In this document: piece by piece, positions 26,051 to 34,049 of the stretch | Numbering within the stretch: the first letter of the stretch is position 1 | How the letters are laid out: the number at the start of each line of letters is the position of its first letter | Source: a virus | Taxonomy: Duplodnaviria; Caudoviricetes | Length of the DNA: 44,165 nt | IMG/VR virus record: IMGVR_UViG_3300015050_000809 | Span: 1 to 44,165 of that record | Reading direction: 5' to 3' (one strand) | Notes under the pieces: generated by a model | What the model was told of the DNA's origin: nothing | What the model saw: the letters and a program-made list of their open reading frames with translations, nothing else | Databases searched by the model: none | Program-made: the position numbers and the translations under genes

Positions 26051-26124
26051 TGTTTTCGCCTTAATGAGAGATATGCGAACGGTGAAGCATGGGGCATTTG
26101 CGCCCCACACCCCACCGGAGAACC

Positions 26125-26415
26125 TCACGACTCTGCGAAGGCGATGATGTCCTGAGGGACAGACCGTTTTGCAGCGTTCGTGATCTGCAATTGAGTTTTT
26201 ACAGTTCGTAGAATTTCGCGAGCTTGGGTCGCAACCGCGTCGGCACGATTGGCCTGGATGTTGTTTGAGCGAACGTCGAGCAGCGTCTCCCAAAGAACGT
26301 CACGCAAGACTGACGCCTTCAGAGGGCCGATAACGGTGACGCTCGCCTTCTGCGTTCGTTTCGCGACGGCGGCTTTGCGTTTTGTTGAGGGTGCCGTTTT
26401 GGCTACGGATTTCAT
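26125..26415 (-). CDS. Hypothetical protein
   Basis: SD AGGAG before ATG 26415; helical C-terminus. Confidence 0.6.
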   Translation of the reverse strand: MKSVAKTAPSTKRKAAVAKRTQKASVTVIGPLKASVLRDVLWETLLDVRSNNIQANRADAVATQAREILRTVKTQLQITNAAKRSVPQDIIAFAES

Positions 26416-26854
26416 AGTCTGTGCTCCTGCTTTTGATTTCCCGGTTAAGGTCCACCGCCAACATGGCGGCATCTGCAAATGGGCCATACAACCGCTTGGA
26501 CCTATATTTGCGGTCGTATCCCTTCTTCCAACGCTTGTACTCAGGTTGCCGGCAGTACTCGACGTGCCGGGGCATTCGCTTCTTGCGTTCCACGCGAGCC
26601 TTCGCAGGGTCGTATGTGGCAAGGAAGTACGCAGCTTTCTTTGCCTTGATCGAGGCAAGGTTTTTGGAGCGATAAGCGGCGTCATAATCACGTTTCTCGG
26701 CTACCCGCTGCGCTTTGGGCTTGTACGGTTTGCGCCGCGCCTTGCCCGCACACTTGCGACCACAGAAAATTCTCAGACCAGACGCACGGGCGCGATTAAC
26801 TGCGCCGTTGGGCTTCTCGGTTTTCTTCCTGCAATGGGCGCAAATAATTTTCAT
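26300..26854 (-). CDS. Basic Zn-finger protein
   Basis: CAHC...FCGRKC followed by Lys/Arg/Tyr-rich helix. Confidence 0.7.
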   Translation of the reverse strand: MKIICAHCRKKTEKPNGAVNRARASGLRIFCGRKCAGKARRKPYKPKAQRVAEKRDYDAAYRSKNLASIKAKKAAYFLATYDPAKARVERKKRMPRHVEYCRQPEYKRWKKGYDRKYRSKRLYGPFADAAMLAVDLNREIKSRSTDYEIRSQNGTLNKTQSRRRETNAEGERHRYRPSEGVSLA

Positions 26855-26867
26855 GTTCGTTCTTGGC

Positions 26868-27062
26868 TTATATGCTCACGCTTTTTTCGGCATCGGCTTT
26901 CTCGCACTCAATACAGCGAGCGCGTTTCGGCACACCCTGGCTGGCTTTGCGATGCTGCTCGTGGCCACACTCAAGCGTCAACTTGATCGACTTCGGGATG
27001 TAGCCGGTGTAGCGGCAGGCCCCGACGTATTCGAAATTGGCGATGGGCTTAAGCATGGTCAT
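26868..27062 (-). CDS. Small Zn-ribbon-like protein
   Basis: LECGH...CIEC. Confidence 0.6.
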   Translation of the reverse strand: MTMLKPIANFEYVGACRYTGYIPKSIKLTLECGHEQHRKASQGVPKRARCIECEKADAEKSVSI

Positions 27063-27088
27063 CTCTGTGTTTGGTGACTGGCTGAATG

Positions 27089-27286
27089 CTAACGAGCCTT
27101 GCTGATCGTATTGGTGATCGCCACGCCTTTGACCTCGATGGTCTCAACCAGCGCATAGACGCCAATCTTGACCTTCTGGCCCATCTCAGCGGTGTCTTCG
27201 GCGGCGCTGTATGCGCTCATGTAGTCAGGACCGGTGCCGCCATCTTCAAACTTGATGAAAATCTGCTTCGGAAACTTGTTCGCCAT
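27089..27286 (-). CDS. Hypothetical protein
   Basis: 65 aa, SD AGGAG. Confidence 0.7.
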   Translation of the reverse strand: MANKFPKQIFIKFEDGGTGPDYMSAYSAAEDTAEMGQKVKIGVYALVETIEVKGVAITNTISKAR

Positions 27287-27324
27287 TTTACTTCTCCTGT
27301 TTGTGGTTCAGTGGATATCGGGCG

Positions 27325-27552
27325 TTAGCGATGAGTGGCGGCTGTCATTGGTGCATGCTCACCAGGCCCGTGACGCCCGCGCCCGCATCTGTTGCCCTTT
27401 GGATGCACAGCCTTTCGATCTTCCAGACTGTTTTTCGCGCGCCAGACGATGCCAGCGACTGTGCTGCGGGTCAGTCCGTAGCGATCTGCGACAAGCTGGT
27501 AGGACATACGCTTCACATCAGACAGAATTGCATTGCGCGTCTTTTCCAACAT
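27325..27552 (-). CDS. Small HTH protein (GcrA N-terminus-like)
   Basis: SYQLVADRYGLTRSTVAGIVWR. Confidence 0.6.
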   Translation of the reverse strand: MLEKTRNAILSDVKRMSYQLVADRYGLTRSTVAGIVWRAKNSLEDRKAVHPKGNRCGRGRHGPGEHAPMTAATHR

Positions 27553-27833
27553 TTTCAGGCTCCCATATCAGTCGTAACAATTGTCGCGGCGCGGCTGGGG
27601 TCCCAGCATTTCGATATTGGCGAACGCAATTCGCCTCACTTATGACCAGGCGGCTTAGGCCCGCCTGTCGTGCCACCTGTGTTCGTTCTTCTGTCATGTC
27701 CGGGCCAAGAGCTTGCGCGCTCTCTCAGCGGCCATCTTCTGCCTTTGATCGGGCGACGGCCTGCCAGCCTTCTTCAGTGTAATCTTCCGCATCTTCGGCG
27801 CTTTCTTCATGTTCGTTCTTGTCCCGTGTCCGG

Positions 27834-28880
27834 TTACGCCGGCTGCTTCAGAAACTCGACTGCCTTCATGACGTCGTTCTTGAGCGCGGCGAATGATCCG
27901 TCTTCCGGCCATTCGATTGCGTCGCGCGTGGCCTTGTCTTCGTTCCAAGCCTTGCCGAGCTGCGCGGCGCTGGTGGCGCTGTCGATCGTGGTGCGCCACT
28001 TCGCGCAATAGTCGGCGGCTGAAAGTGTGGCCGACCCGTCCGCGGGGGGATTAACGGACGGATCGGCCGGGCGCACGGCATCCGTGGGGACGGCGGGCCG
28101 CGGCGAGGGGGAGAGAATTTCAGCGGTGCTCGGTGCCGGCGACTTCTCGCGCGCGGCAATCGGGCTGAACTCGGCATCAATGATGAGGCCCTTGTCGGGC
28201 GAGATATGCGCGCCCTGGCCCTGTTCCTCGAACGCCTCATCCATGCGGGCCGCCATCTGCATGACGTTGAGCGGCATCGAGCGCGCCAGCCGCCGCTTTG
28301 CCGACTTCTCGGCCATTGCAGGGAAGCCAATTGCGGTATCATTCCACGGGCTATCCGACCGTTTCGCGCCGGGCGACTTCGCCTTGATTGCCATGATGTC
28401 GTCGATGCCGAGCACCGATACGATCGGCGGCCGGTCCTTGGCGGCGGCCACTGCCCACGCGGCGATGATGCGCCGGCCGGGATCTCCCAGCTTCTTCTTG
28501 TGCCGGACGAATCCTTTATCGCCTTCCTCGAAATCGAACTCGTCGCCCTCGCGCACCACGCCGCCGGTGACGGTCAGACCTGAGCGCGCGGCGAGGGTAT
28601 TGTAGCCCTTGTAGCCGATGACGAGCTGGGCCTTGCCCTTGAACGGGATCAGGTAGCCTTGGCCGGTCACGCCGTCGACCTCGATGCCGAGACAGGCGGC
28701 CGACATTGCCGCGTTGAAAATGCTCTGCCGGTCACAGTCCAGGAGCATCGGCAGGCGCTCCACGGAGATCATGACGGTGCGCATCAAGCGCTCGACCGGC
28801 ATGGTGTTGCCAAGCACCTCGGCAAATCGGGGGGCGAGCGGCTTCAACTGGTTTTCGAGAACGACAAGCGCTTGAGACAT
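27834..28880 (-). CDS. recT: RecT-family single-strand annealing protein
   Basis: LG.E...GQGYLIPFKGKAQLVIGYKG, VVREGDEF and SPW....MAEKS..RRL. Confidence 0.9.
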   Translation of the reverse strand: MSQALVVLENQLKPLAPRFAEVLGNTMPVERLMRTVMISVERLPMLLDCDRQSIFNAAMSAACLGIEVDGVTGQGYLIPFKGKAQLVIGYKGYNTLAARSGLTVTGGVVREGDEFDFEEGDKGFVRHKKKLGDPGRRIIAAWAVAAAKDRPPIVSVLGIDDIMAIKAKSPGAKRSDSPWNDTAIGFPAMAEKSAKRRLARSMPLNVMQMAARMDEAFEEQGQGAHISPDKGLIIDAEFSPIAAREKSPAPSTAEILSPSPRPAVPTDAVRPADPSVNPPADGSATLSAADYCAKWRTTIDSATSAAQLGKAWNEDKATRDAIEWPEDGSFAALKNDVMKAVEFLKQPA

Positions 28881-29800
28881 TAACAGGCCCTCATGATGTC
28901 AGGATTGAGCGTTTCGCGCGGACCGACATCGGCAAAGTCCGGCACATATACGGACATGCGCTTCACGCCGGTCTTCGACGTCGAGCACTTCACCTTGACG
29001 CCCTCGGGCAACAGAACTTCCTCGTTGTCCTTGGCCAGAGCGATCAGTTGGCCGCGCAGCTTCTCGGCGGCATTGCCGTGCGCCGTCGCCTCGGCCTTGT
29101 GGAACTTGAACATCGCGACAAGTTCGGCCAGCGAGTGGCCGTTGATTGCGTCGGTCAGGTCCAGCACGTTGCCGACGACGGTCGGGAACAGGCGGTTGAG
29201 CAGCGGCACCTCGATCGGCAGGCCAAAGGGGTCCGGTTCTTTGCTCTCCTTGACCGAGAGAAAGAAGGCATCGGCCTCGTCCGTCATCTTCTCCCAGAGA
29301 TCAGGCAGCGGCGCGCGCTCAAAATAGTGCTGCTCGCCCGCGACCCATGCCGCGATGACGCCCCAGGTGTAGGGCTTGCCGTCCGGGTCCCCGACGAGCA
29401 TCTGCTGTTGCAGTTGGATCTCATGCTGGCGCGGCGGGGCCTTGCCGCCCTGCCAATCGCTCATCCATGTGCGGTAGTCGAACACGCACTTGGTTTCGAG
29501 GGCGCCGGGGCCGCGGTCGGGGCAGATGATCTGAGCGTCGCGGGTGCAGCCCAGAAGGCCGCGGCGCATGTAGTCGTCGCCTGCGTTCGGCTGGACTTCC
29601 AGTTTCAGATCTTCGGCGCACTGCTCAAGGACGAGGGGTTGAAGCTTCTTGCCCCAATTCATGCGCTCGTCGGCCGGCGAGTCGATGTCGACGCCGTTCG
29701 CAAAGTGCTGCCACAGCATCCAGCGGGTATAGTATGGCGACACGCCAAACAGCGCGGCAGTCTGGGTCGCGCTGATCGTGGCCTTGGTCGGATCAGGCAC
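28880..29800 (-). CDS. YqaJ-like viral recombinase exonuclease
   Basis: ISAT..AA.FGVSPY.T...LW, M.WGK.L, TRD...LETK and QLQQQM. Confidence 0.85.
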   Translation of the reverse strand: MPDPTKATISATQTAALFGVSPYYTRWMLWQHFANGVDIDSPADERMNWGKKLQPLVLEQCAEDLKLEVQPNAGDDYMRRGLLGCTRDAQIICPDRGPGALETKCVFDYRTWMSDWQGGKAPPRQHEIQLQQQMLVGDPDGKPYTWGVIAAWVAGEQHYFERAPLPDLWEKMTDEADAFFLSVKESKEPDPFGLPIEVPLLNRLFPTVVGNVLDLTDAINGHSLAELVAMFKFHKAEATAHGNAAEKLRGQLIALAKDNEEVLLPEGVKVKCSTSKTGVKRMSVYVPDFADVGPRETLNPDIMRAC

Positions 29801-29984
29801 CGGCGACCACCATCGAATTGTCGTGGCGGTCGATGACCGCGATCATGTCGCGGTACAGGGCCAGCAGCTTGCGATAGCCGGCCTTGCGGGGGCACTCCCG
29901 CTGCAGCTTCGCCATGGCCGTTTCGATGCGCTCGACGCGGGCCACGTAGTTGTCTCGCTGGGAAATGATGACGGATTTGAGCAT
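29793..29984 (-). CDS. Hypothetical protein
   Basis: 63 aa, overlaps the YqaJ start. Confidence 0.6.
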   Translation of the reverse strand: MLKSVIISQRDNYVARVERIETAMAKLQRECPRKAGYRKLLALYRDMIAVIDRHDNSMVVAGA

Positions 29985-30007
29985 CGGATAACCCCTGTTA
30001 ATGCGAA

Positions 30008-30424
30008 TTACGCGGCGATCTTTGCGCGCTCGCGCTCAACGACTTCCTCGCTAAACGTCTCCGCGATGTCGCAAAGTTCTTCGAGCGTCTTTACAAACAC
30101 CCATTTCAGTTGGTAGTGGCCCCAAGAGGAACTGTGGCTCTTTCCATCAGCCGAGAAGTCGCGCGGTATTGGCCTCGCCAGTTGCGCGAGGAAGCCGACG
30201 CTGTCCCGATTGCCAAACTCCATCGCGACCTCATCGGCGTCCGCCCCTTCATCGGTCCACGCCTTAAGCCATGGCAGCGCGGCCAGGACCTGGGTGCATT
30301 CGTGGAGTTCGTCGTTTATGAAGTCCGTAAAGCTTTCCGGCGCGTCGGCAGCAATGCCGCCCGTCCAAATCAGAGTTTCGATACGGACGTTTGCCTCGTG
30401 CATTCTTTCAGCCAGCGTGTTCAT
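30008..30424 (-). CDS. Hypothetical protein
   Basis: 138 aa, SD AAGGAG. Confidence 0.75.
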   Translation of the reverse strand: MNTLAERMHEANVRIETLIWTGGIAADAPESFTDFINDELHECTQVLAALPWLKAWTDEGADADEVAMEFGNRDSVGFLAQLARPIPRDFSADGKSHSSSWGHYQLKWVFVKTLEELCDIAETFSEEVVERERAKIAA

Positions 30425-30445
30425 CGGTCGGCTCCTTAATGCGTG

Positions 30446-30787
30446 TTATGTGCGAATATCGTTGAGGGCCTTCGCCGCGCTGCGGAAATCGTCCGCGTAC
30501 AAAGGTTCTTCCCGAGTGCGCGTTGCGAAATGGCTCGACACGAACAATTCGCCAGTGCCGCCGCGATCAAGCCCATCTAGTGCCGAAGGGCGTCCGGCTT
30601 CGCCGTTGATCGGTTCAGCAATCTTGGCGAATGGTCGGATGGCGGCTTCCAGTGCCGCGATGTAGTCAGACAAGAACACGTCATCCCGGTTGGCCTGAAT
30701 TACGGCCAGCCTTTTCTCGATCATGTGCCTTGCGGGATTGGCTCGCGCGTGGAGCCGTTCGATTGCGCCTTTGAGGCCCTTAGTCAT
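30446..30787 (-). CDS. Hypothetical protein
   Basis: SD GGAGG before ATG 30787; LEAAIRPFA motif. Confidence 0.65.
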   Translation of the reverse strand: MTKGLKGAIERLHARANPARHMIEKRLAVIQANRDDVFLSDYIAALEAAIRPFAKIAEPINGEAGRPSALDGLDRGGTGELFVSSHFATRTREEPLYADDFRSAAKALNDIRT

Positions 30788-30956
30788 GGTGAACGTCCTC
30801 CACCCGCTCAATTGGCGGCTCGGTGAATTTGCATTTGCAGGCAACGCCGTCCCAACTATCGGGGCCACCCTTGCGCCAGCCGCACGCTTGGCAGAACGGA
30901 CGTAATGGCTGCGGGTTAGGATTGTCGCCAGCAATGACGGTGAAAAATCGCGGCAT
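30780..30956 (-). CDS. Small Zn-binding protein (58 aa, not in the ORF track)
   Basis: MPRFFTVIAG...FCQACGWRKGG.DSWDG.ACKC. Confidence 0.6.
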   Translation of the reverse strand: MPRFFTVIAGDNPNPQPLRPFCQACGWRKGGPDSWDGVACKCKFTEPPIERVEDVHHD

Positions 30957-30967
30957 GATCGGTCCTG

Positions 30968-31117
30968 TTACGGTTCGCGCTCGATGGACTGCATTTCTTC
31001 AATCGCCTGCCGTGCCGTAAGGCCGCGCGAAATCATCGCGCGCAACGTGTCCTTACGGGAGACGCCGTAGAATTGGTGCCAGTACAAATCCCACATGGCT
31101 TCGCGGTAGTTCGGCAT
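30968..31117 (-). CDS. Hypothetical protein (49 aa, not in the ORF track)
   Basis: MPNYREAMWDLYWHQFYG, SD AGGAG. Confidence 0.6.
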   Translation of the reverse strand: MPNYREAMWDLYWHQFYGVSRKDTLRAMISRGLTARQAIEEMQSIEREP

Positions 31118-31154
31118 CGGCTGCTCCTGACGTTCGGTCATCTGGCGTTACTGC

Positions 31155-31592
31155 TTATGCGGCGTTCGCGCCGCGCTTCCGTTTGATGCTGAACGGGCCT
31201 TTGCCCGCCATTTCATCCGCGAGCTTGCAGGCGTCATCACCCCATCGCGCGATCTGGGCAGCGTCGAACTCTTGGCGCAGCGCGGCGTCGGTGCAGTCGC
31301 CGGTCTCGGTCGTCAGGCGAATGATGGCCAAAGCCATGCTTCTGATAGTTTGGGAGCGGTGTTCGTCAGAATACTTAGCCCACTTCTCCCTGAGATCGAC
31401 GAGGGCCTTCTCGAACGTCTTGCCACGAACAGAGATGCTGCCTTTTGTGCTGCACATCCCGTACGGGTACAGGACGGCGTACACAGAGTCGGTGGCGTAA
31501 CCATCGCAATCAACGTGCAGGCTTGCGTAGGCATTCGCCCCCGCCTCGTTCTTAATCGAGGCCAATTCCTTAGAGATTTCTGCTGGTGTCAC
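31155..31592 (-). CDS. Hypothetical protein
   Basis: SD GGGGAG before GTG 31592. Confidence 0.7.
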   Translation of the reverse strand: MTPAEISKELASIKNEAGANAYASLHVDCDGYATDSVYAVLYPYGMCSTKGSISVRGKTFEKALVDLREKWAKYSDEHRSQTIRSMALAIIRLTTETGDCTDAALRQEFDAAQIARWGDDACKLADEMAGKGPFSIKRKRGANAA

Positions 31593-31634
31593 GTCGGTCT
31601 CCCCGTTTTGTGTTTGGTCATCAGCCAAATGCTC

Positions 31635-31742
31635 TTACGAGCCGAAGTGGCGGTGCGGCAGAGCTTTGGTTTCGCGGTAGTGGTGCACGGCGAGGCCGAG
31701 CAAAACCGAAGTGATGATCGTGATGAATGTGAGCGCGATCAT
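31635..31742 (-). CDS. Small membrane protein (35 aa)
   Basis: MIALTFITIITSVLLGLAV; ATGA coupling. Confidence 0.55.
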   Translation of the reverse strand: MIALTFITIITSVLLGLAVHHYRETKALPHRHFGS

Positions 31743-31864
31743 TGTGTCTCGCTTTCGATTGCAGCCACTGCGGCGAGAGCAACCGCGAGCAATGCGGCGG
31801 CACATACCGCCGACCACGCGAGCCAGTCGCCATTGCTCAGGCTCTGATAAAAATCTTGCGTCAT
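31739..31864 (-). CDS. Small membrane protein (41 aa, not in the ORF track)
   Basis: WLAWSAVCAAALLAVALAAVAA; ATGA overlaps at both ends. Confidence 0.55.
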   Translation of the reverse strand: MTQDFYQSLSNGDWLAWSAVCAAALLAVALAAVAAIESETQ

Positions 31865-32358
31865 TGGCGTGCCGCCAATCGCGTTGTCGGATCGACAAAA
31901 ACGAACCCGCGCACGTTGCGGTCATGGATGTAGGAGAGGCCGCGGCCACCGTTGTAATCGCGCACAGTCCAGATCGGACCTGAGACGTGGGAGATCAACT
32001 GCATGACGTGACCGCGGCGAACTGCGGCCATGCCTGGCGCTGCGGCCGCACGCCGGAATTTACGAGCCCAATTCCATGCGAGGTCGAGGCTCTTGTCGTC
32101 GATGCCGAGATATTTACGCAGACCGCAGCCGCAGTATCGGCGCGGGCAGCCGGCGGGGCGCCCGCCAATGAGAATGCGATTGCCGCTGGCGTCGACCACC
32201 GTGCGCGCGGGCAGCCGGCGGGGCGCAGCGACACGATCCGTGCAGCCTTGCTGGTTACAGGTGATGATGCCGCGTTCGGTCCCGTGCGCGATCCCGGATG
32301 AGAACAGCAGCACGACGCCGGCGGTGGCGGCGATCAGTGAGGGGCGGGGGGCGCTCAA
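31861..32358 (-). CDS. Secreted CHAP/NlpC-P60-like putative cell-wall hydrolase
   Basis: Signal peptide; RPAGCPRRYCGCG, LAWNW, APGMAAVRRGHV and DYNGG give a Cys...His...Asn arrangement. Confidence 0.6.
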   Translation of the reverse strand: MSAPRPSLIAATAGVVLLFSSGIAHGTERGIITCNQQGCTDRVAAPRRLPARTVVDASGNRILIGGRPAGCPRRYCGCGLRKYLGIDDKSLDLAWNWARKFRRAAAAPGMAAVRRGHVMQLISHVSGPIWTVRDYNGGRGLSYIHDRNVRGFVFVDPTTRLAARQ

Positions 32359-32630
32359 GCCGCCACCGGCTGCGGCAAGAGGACGTAGCCGAGCGACAGC
32401 CAGCCATCGATAATGCGCTCGGGGTGGGTGAACTCGGAGTTGCCGTCGAGGCGCTCAGCGGCCTCCATGCGGGCGCTGATGGCGTTCTGAACGACGTCGC
32501 GCGTGGCGCCAGTGATGCGGTAGGCGGTGCGGCCGGGCGTGGCTGGATCGGCCTGCCACTCGATATGCGCGGTGGCGCGGCGAACGGACTCTTGCCCGCG
32601 GAGAATGTCGGCGATTGCGGTGTGCAGCAT
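32355..32630 (-). CDS. Hypothetical protein, first gene of the leftward operon
   Basis: 91 aa, SD GGAGG. Confidence 0.7.
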   Translation of the reverse strand: MLHTAIADILRGQESVRRATAHIEWQADPATPGRTAYRITGATRDVVQNAISARMEAAERLDGNSEFTHPERIIDGWLSLGYVLLPQPVAA

Positions 32631-32653
32631 AGGTCCTCCAAATCGTTGGAGAG

Positions 32654-32706
32654 ACCTTAGTTCGCATCGTGCGAATTAGTCAACAGTAGTGCGCGCCGTG
32701 CGAACA
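32654..32706 (-). promoter_or_regulatory. PL-like promoter with two operators
   Basis: Minus-strand TTGACT-N18-TAAGGT; operators AGTTCGCATCGTGCGAATT (32659-32677) and AGTGCGCGCCGTGCGAACA (32688-32706). Confidence 0.8.
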
Positions 32707-32707
32707 G

Positions 32708-32887
32708 TTATTTTTGGCGACCCCGTTCGTTGACGAGATTGACCATGCGCTGCGCGGTTCTCCGCTGACGTCGAGCGAGCCTGCGCGCCGACCACCATTC
32801 CAAGGCGGATGGCGACCACCCGCAACAGGCGCAGCCGACGAGGAACCCCAACCAGAACAGTGCGATTGCGCCCCATATTGATTGCAT
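32708..32887 (-). CDS. Small membrane protein downstream of the repressor (59 aa, not in the ORF track)
   Basis: MQSIWGAIALFWLGFLVGCACCGW followed by an Arg-rich tail. Confidence 0.55.
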   Translation of the reverse strand: MQSIWGAIALFWLGFLVGCACCGWSPSALEWWSARRLARRQRRTAQRMVNLVNERGRQK

Positions 32888-32898
32888 GGGGCGCCGGC

Positions 32899-33165
32899 CT
32901 ACGCCGCCTCGACCAAGATTTTATAGACTTTGGCGGGCATTTCTTCCGCGTTTTCGCCGAAGAAAAGGTAGTCGAGCGGGATCTTGAACCTGGCGCGAAT
33001 GAGGCAGGCGCCTTCAAACGTCAGTTCGCGGCTACCCTTTTCCCAGGGGTTATACGTGTTCTTTTCCACACCGATCGCCTTGGCGAATTCGGTCTGTTTT
33101 TTGTACCCGAGCGCAAGCCTTAAGGCTCTGAGGCGGGGTCCAATGGTGTCTGGCCGGTCAATCAT
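32899..33165 (-). CDS. CI-like XRE-family repressor (HTH only)
   Basis: RLRALRLALG..QTEFAKAIGVEKNTYNPWEKG; divergent from Cro; 88 aa. Confidence 0.85.
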   Translation of the reverse strand: MIDRPDTIGPRLRALRLALGYKKQTEFAKAIGVEKNTYNPWEKGSRELTFEGACLIRARFKIPLDYLFFGENAEEMPAKVYKILVEAA

Positions 33166-33199
33166 CCCTGAAATTTGAGCATTTTTAGGGGAGACTGTC

Positions 33200-33249
33200 G
33201 TTTCGCGGCTTGCGAACGCTTGACTAGTTCGCACGGCGCGAACTATTGT
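33200..33249 (+). promoter_or_regulatory. PR-like promoter with two operators
   Basis: TTGACT(33220)-N18-TATTGT; operators GTTTCGCGGCTTGCGAACG (33200-33218) and AGTTCGCACGGCGCGAACT (33226-33244). Confidence 0.8.
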
Positions 33250-33256
33250 CGCCGGC

Positions 33257-33496
33257 ATGGCACACACTTGGGGCTCAATCATCGACGCACTCGGCGGCAC
33301 CGGAAAGGTCGCCGCCTCGCTTGTTTTGGCAGACAACACGGTCAGCGGCTGGCGCGAGCGGGGCATTCCGTCGGCGCACTGGGTCGCGTTGTGTCGTCTC
33401 GCGGCTTCTGAAGGCCAAAAGCAGATCACGCTGGAAGTCTTGGCGGCCTTGGTCGCTCGTGACCCGGCGGCGCTTGCTGCTGAGGCCACGGCATGA
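33257..33496 (+). CDS. Cro-like HTH protein
   Basis: IIDALGGTGKVA..L......VSGWRERGIP..HW. Confidence 0.8.
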   Translation: MAHTWGSIIDALGGTGKVAASLVLADNTVSGWRERGIPSAHWVALCRLAASEGQKQITLEVLAALVARDPAALAAEATA

Positions 33497-33782
33497 AAAC
33501 GGCGCGTCGGAAATTCGACAATCACGGAAGCCCCCCACATTTGCACGCGGGCAATTCAACAGATGCCCTTGCGGGTACGCTAGACCGCTTCCAAACGGCA
33601 GTTCCAGCGTTAAATTTGCATAGCTCCGAGCGCATGTGTGACGCAGAGCACCGACTGCTTCCGCGCCATGTGGTATTAGCGCGCCATTCCAATCAGCCGT
33701 TAACCATGTTTCGCCGCCGCGCTTCTGCGCGCGCGGCTTCGAGTCGTTTTTCCAGTTTTGTAATGAGTACAGGGGCTGCGTC

Positions 33783-34040
33783 ATGGAAGGATCATTCGGC
33801 AATCCGCGGGTTGTCGCACGAGAAATCGACGGACATTTTCGGCAAGGCACGGACAGAATTGTCAAAACCGTTGTCGGTGCTGTGTGCAAAGCGATCTGGC
33901 CGGAGAAGCCGGAAATCGAAGTCGCCATCATCTGCGGCTGCGATCCGCGAAGTGCGCGCCGCTACATGTCTGGCGAATTGCCAATCCCGGCCAAGCTTCT
34001 CATCGCTATCAACGTCAAACTCGGCGAGCGCTTCGAATGA
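33783..34040 (+). CDS. CII-position HTH protein
   Basis: WPEKPEIEVAIICGCDPRSARRYMSGE..IP. Confidence 0.6.
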   Translation: MEGSFGNPRVVAREIDGHFRQGTDRIVKTVVGAVCKAIWPEKPEIEVAIICGCDPRSARRYMSGELPIPAKLLIAINVKLGERFE

Positions 34041-34049
34041 GGCCTTCGC

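Noticed and set aside
26855-27100. Junction sites at the 26868 and 27089 gene ends (also 27834 and 30968)
   Set aside because: At most one plausible half-site each, so they were not counted; the motif is not at every junction
30962-30976. GTCC-N7-GTTC (and GTTC-N7-ATTC at 22232) as extra LexA boxes
   Set aside because: One mismatch each; expected by chance
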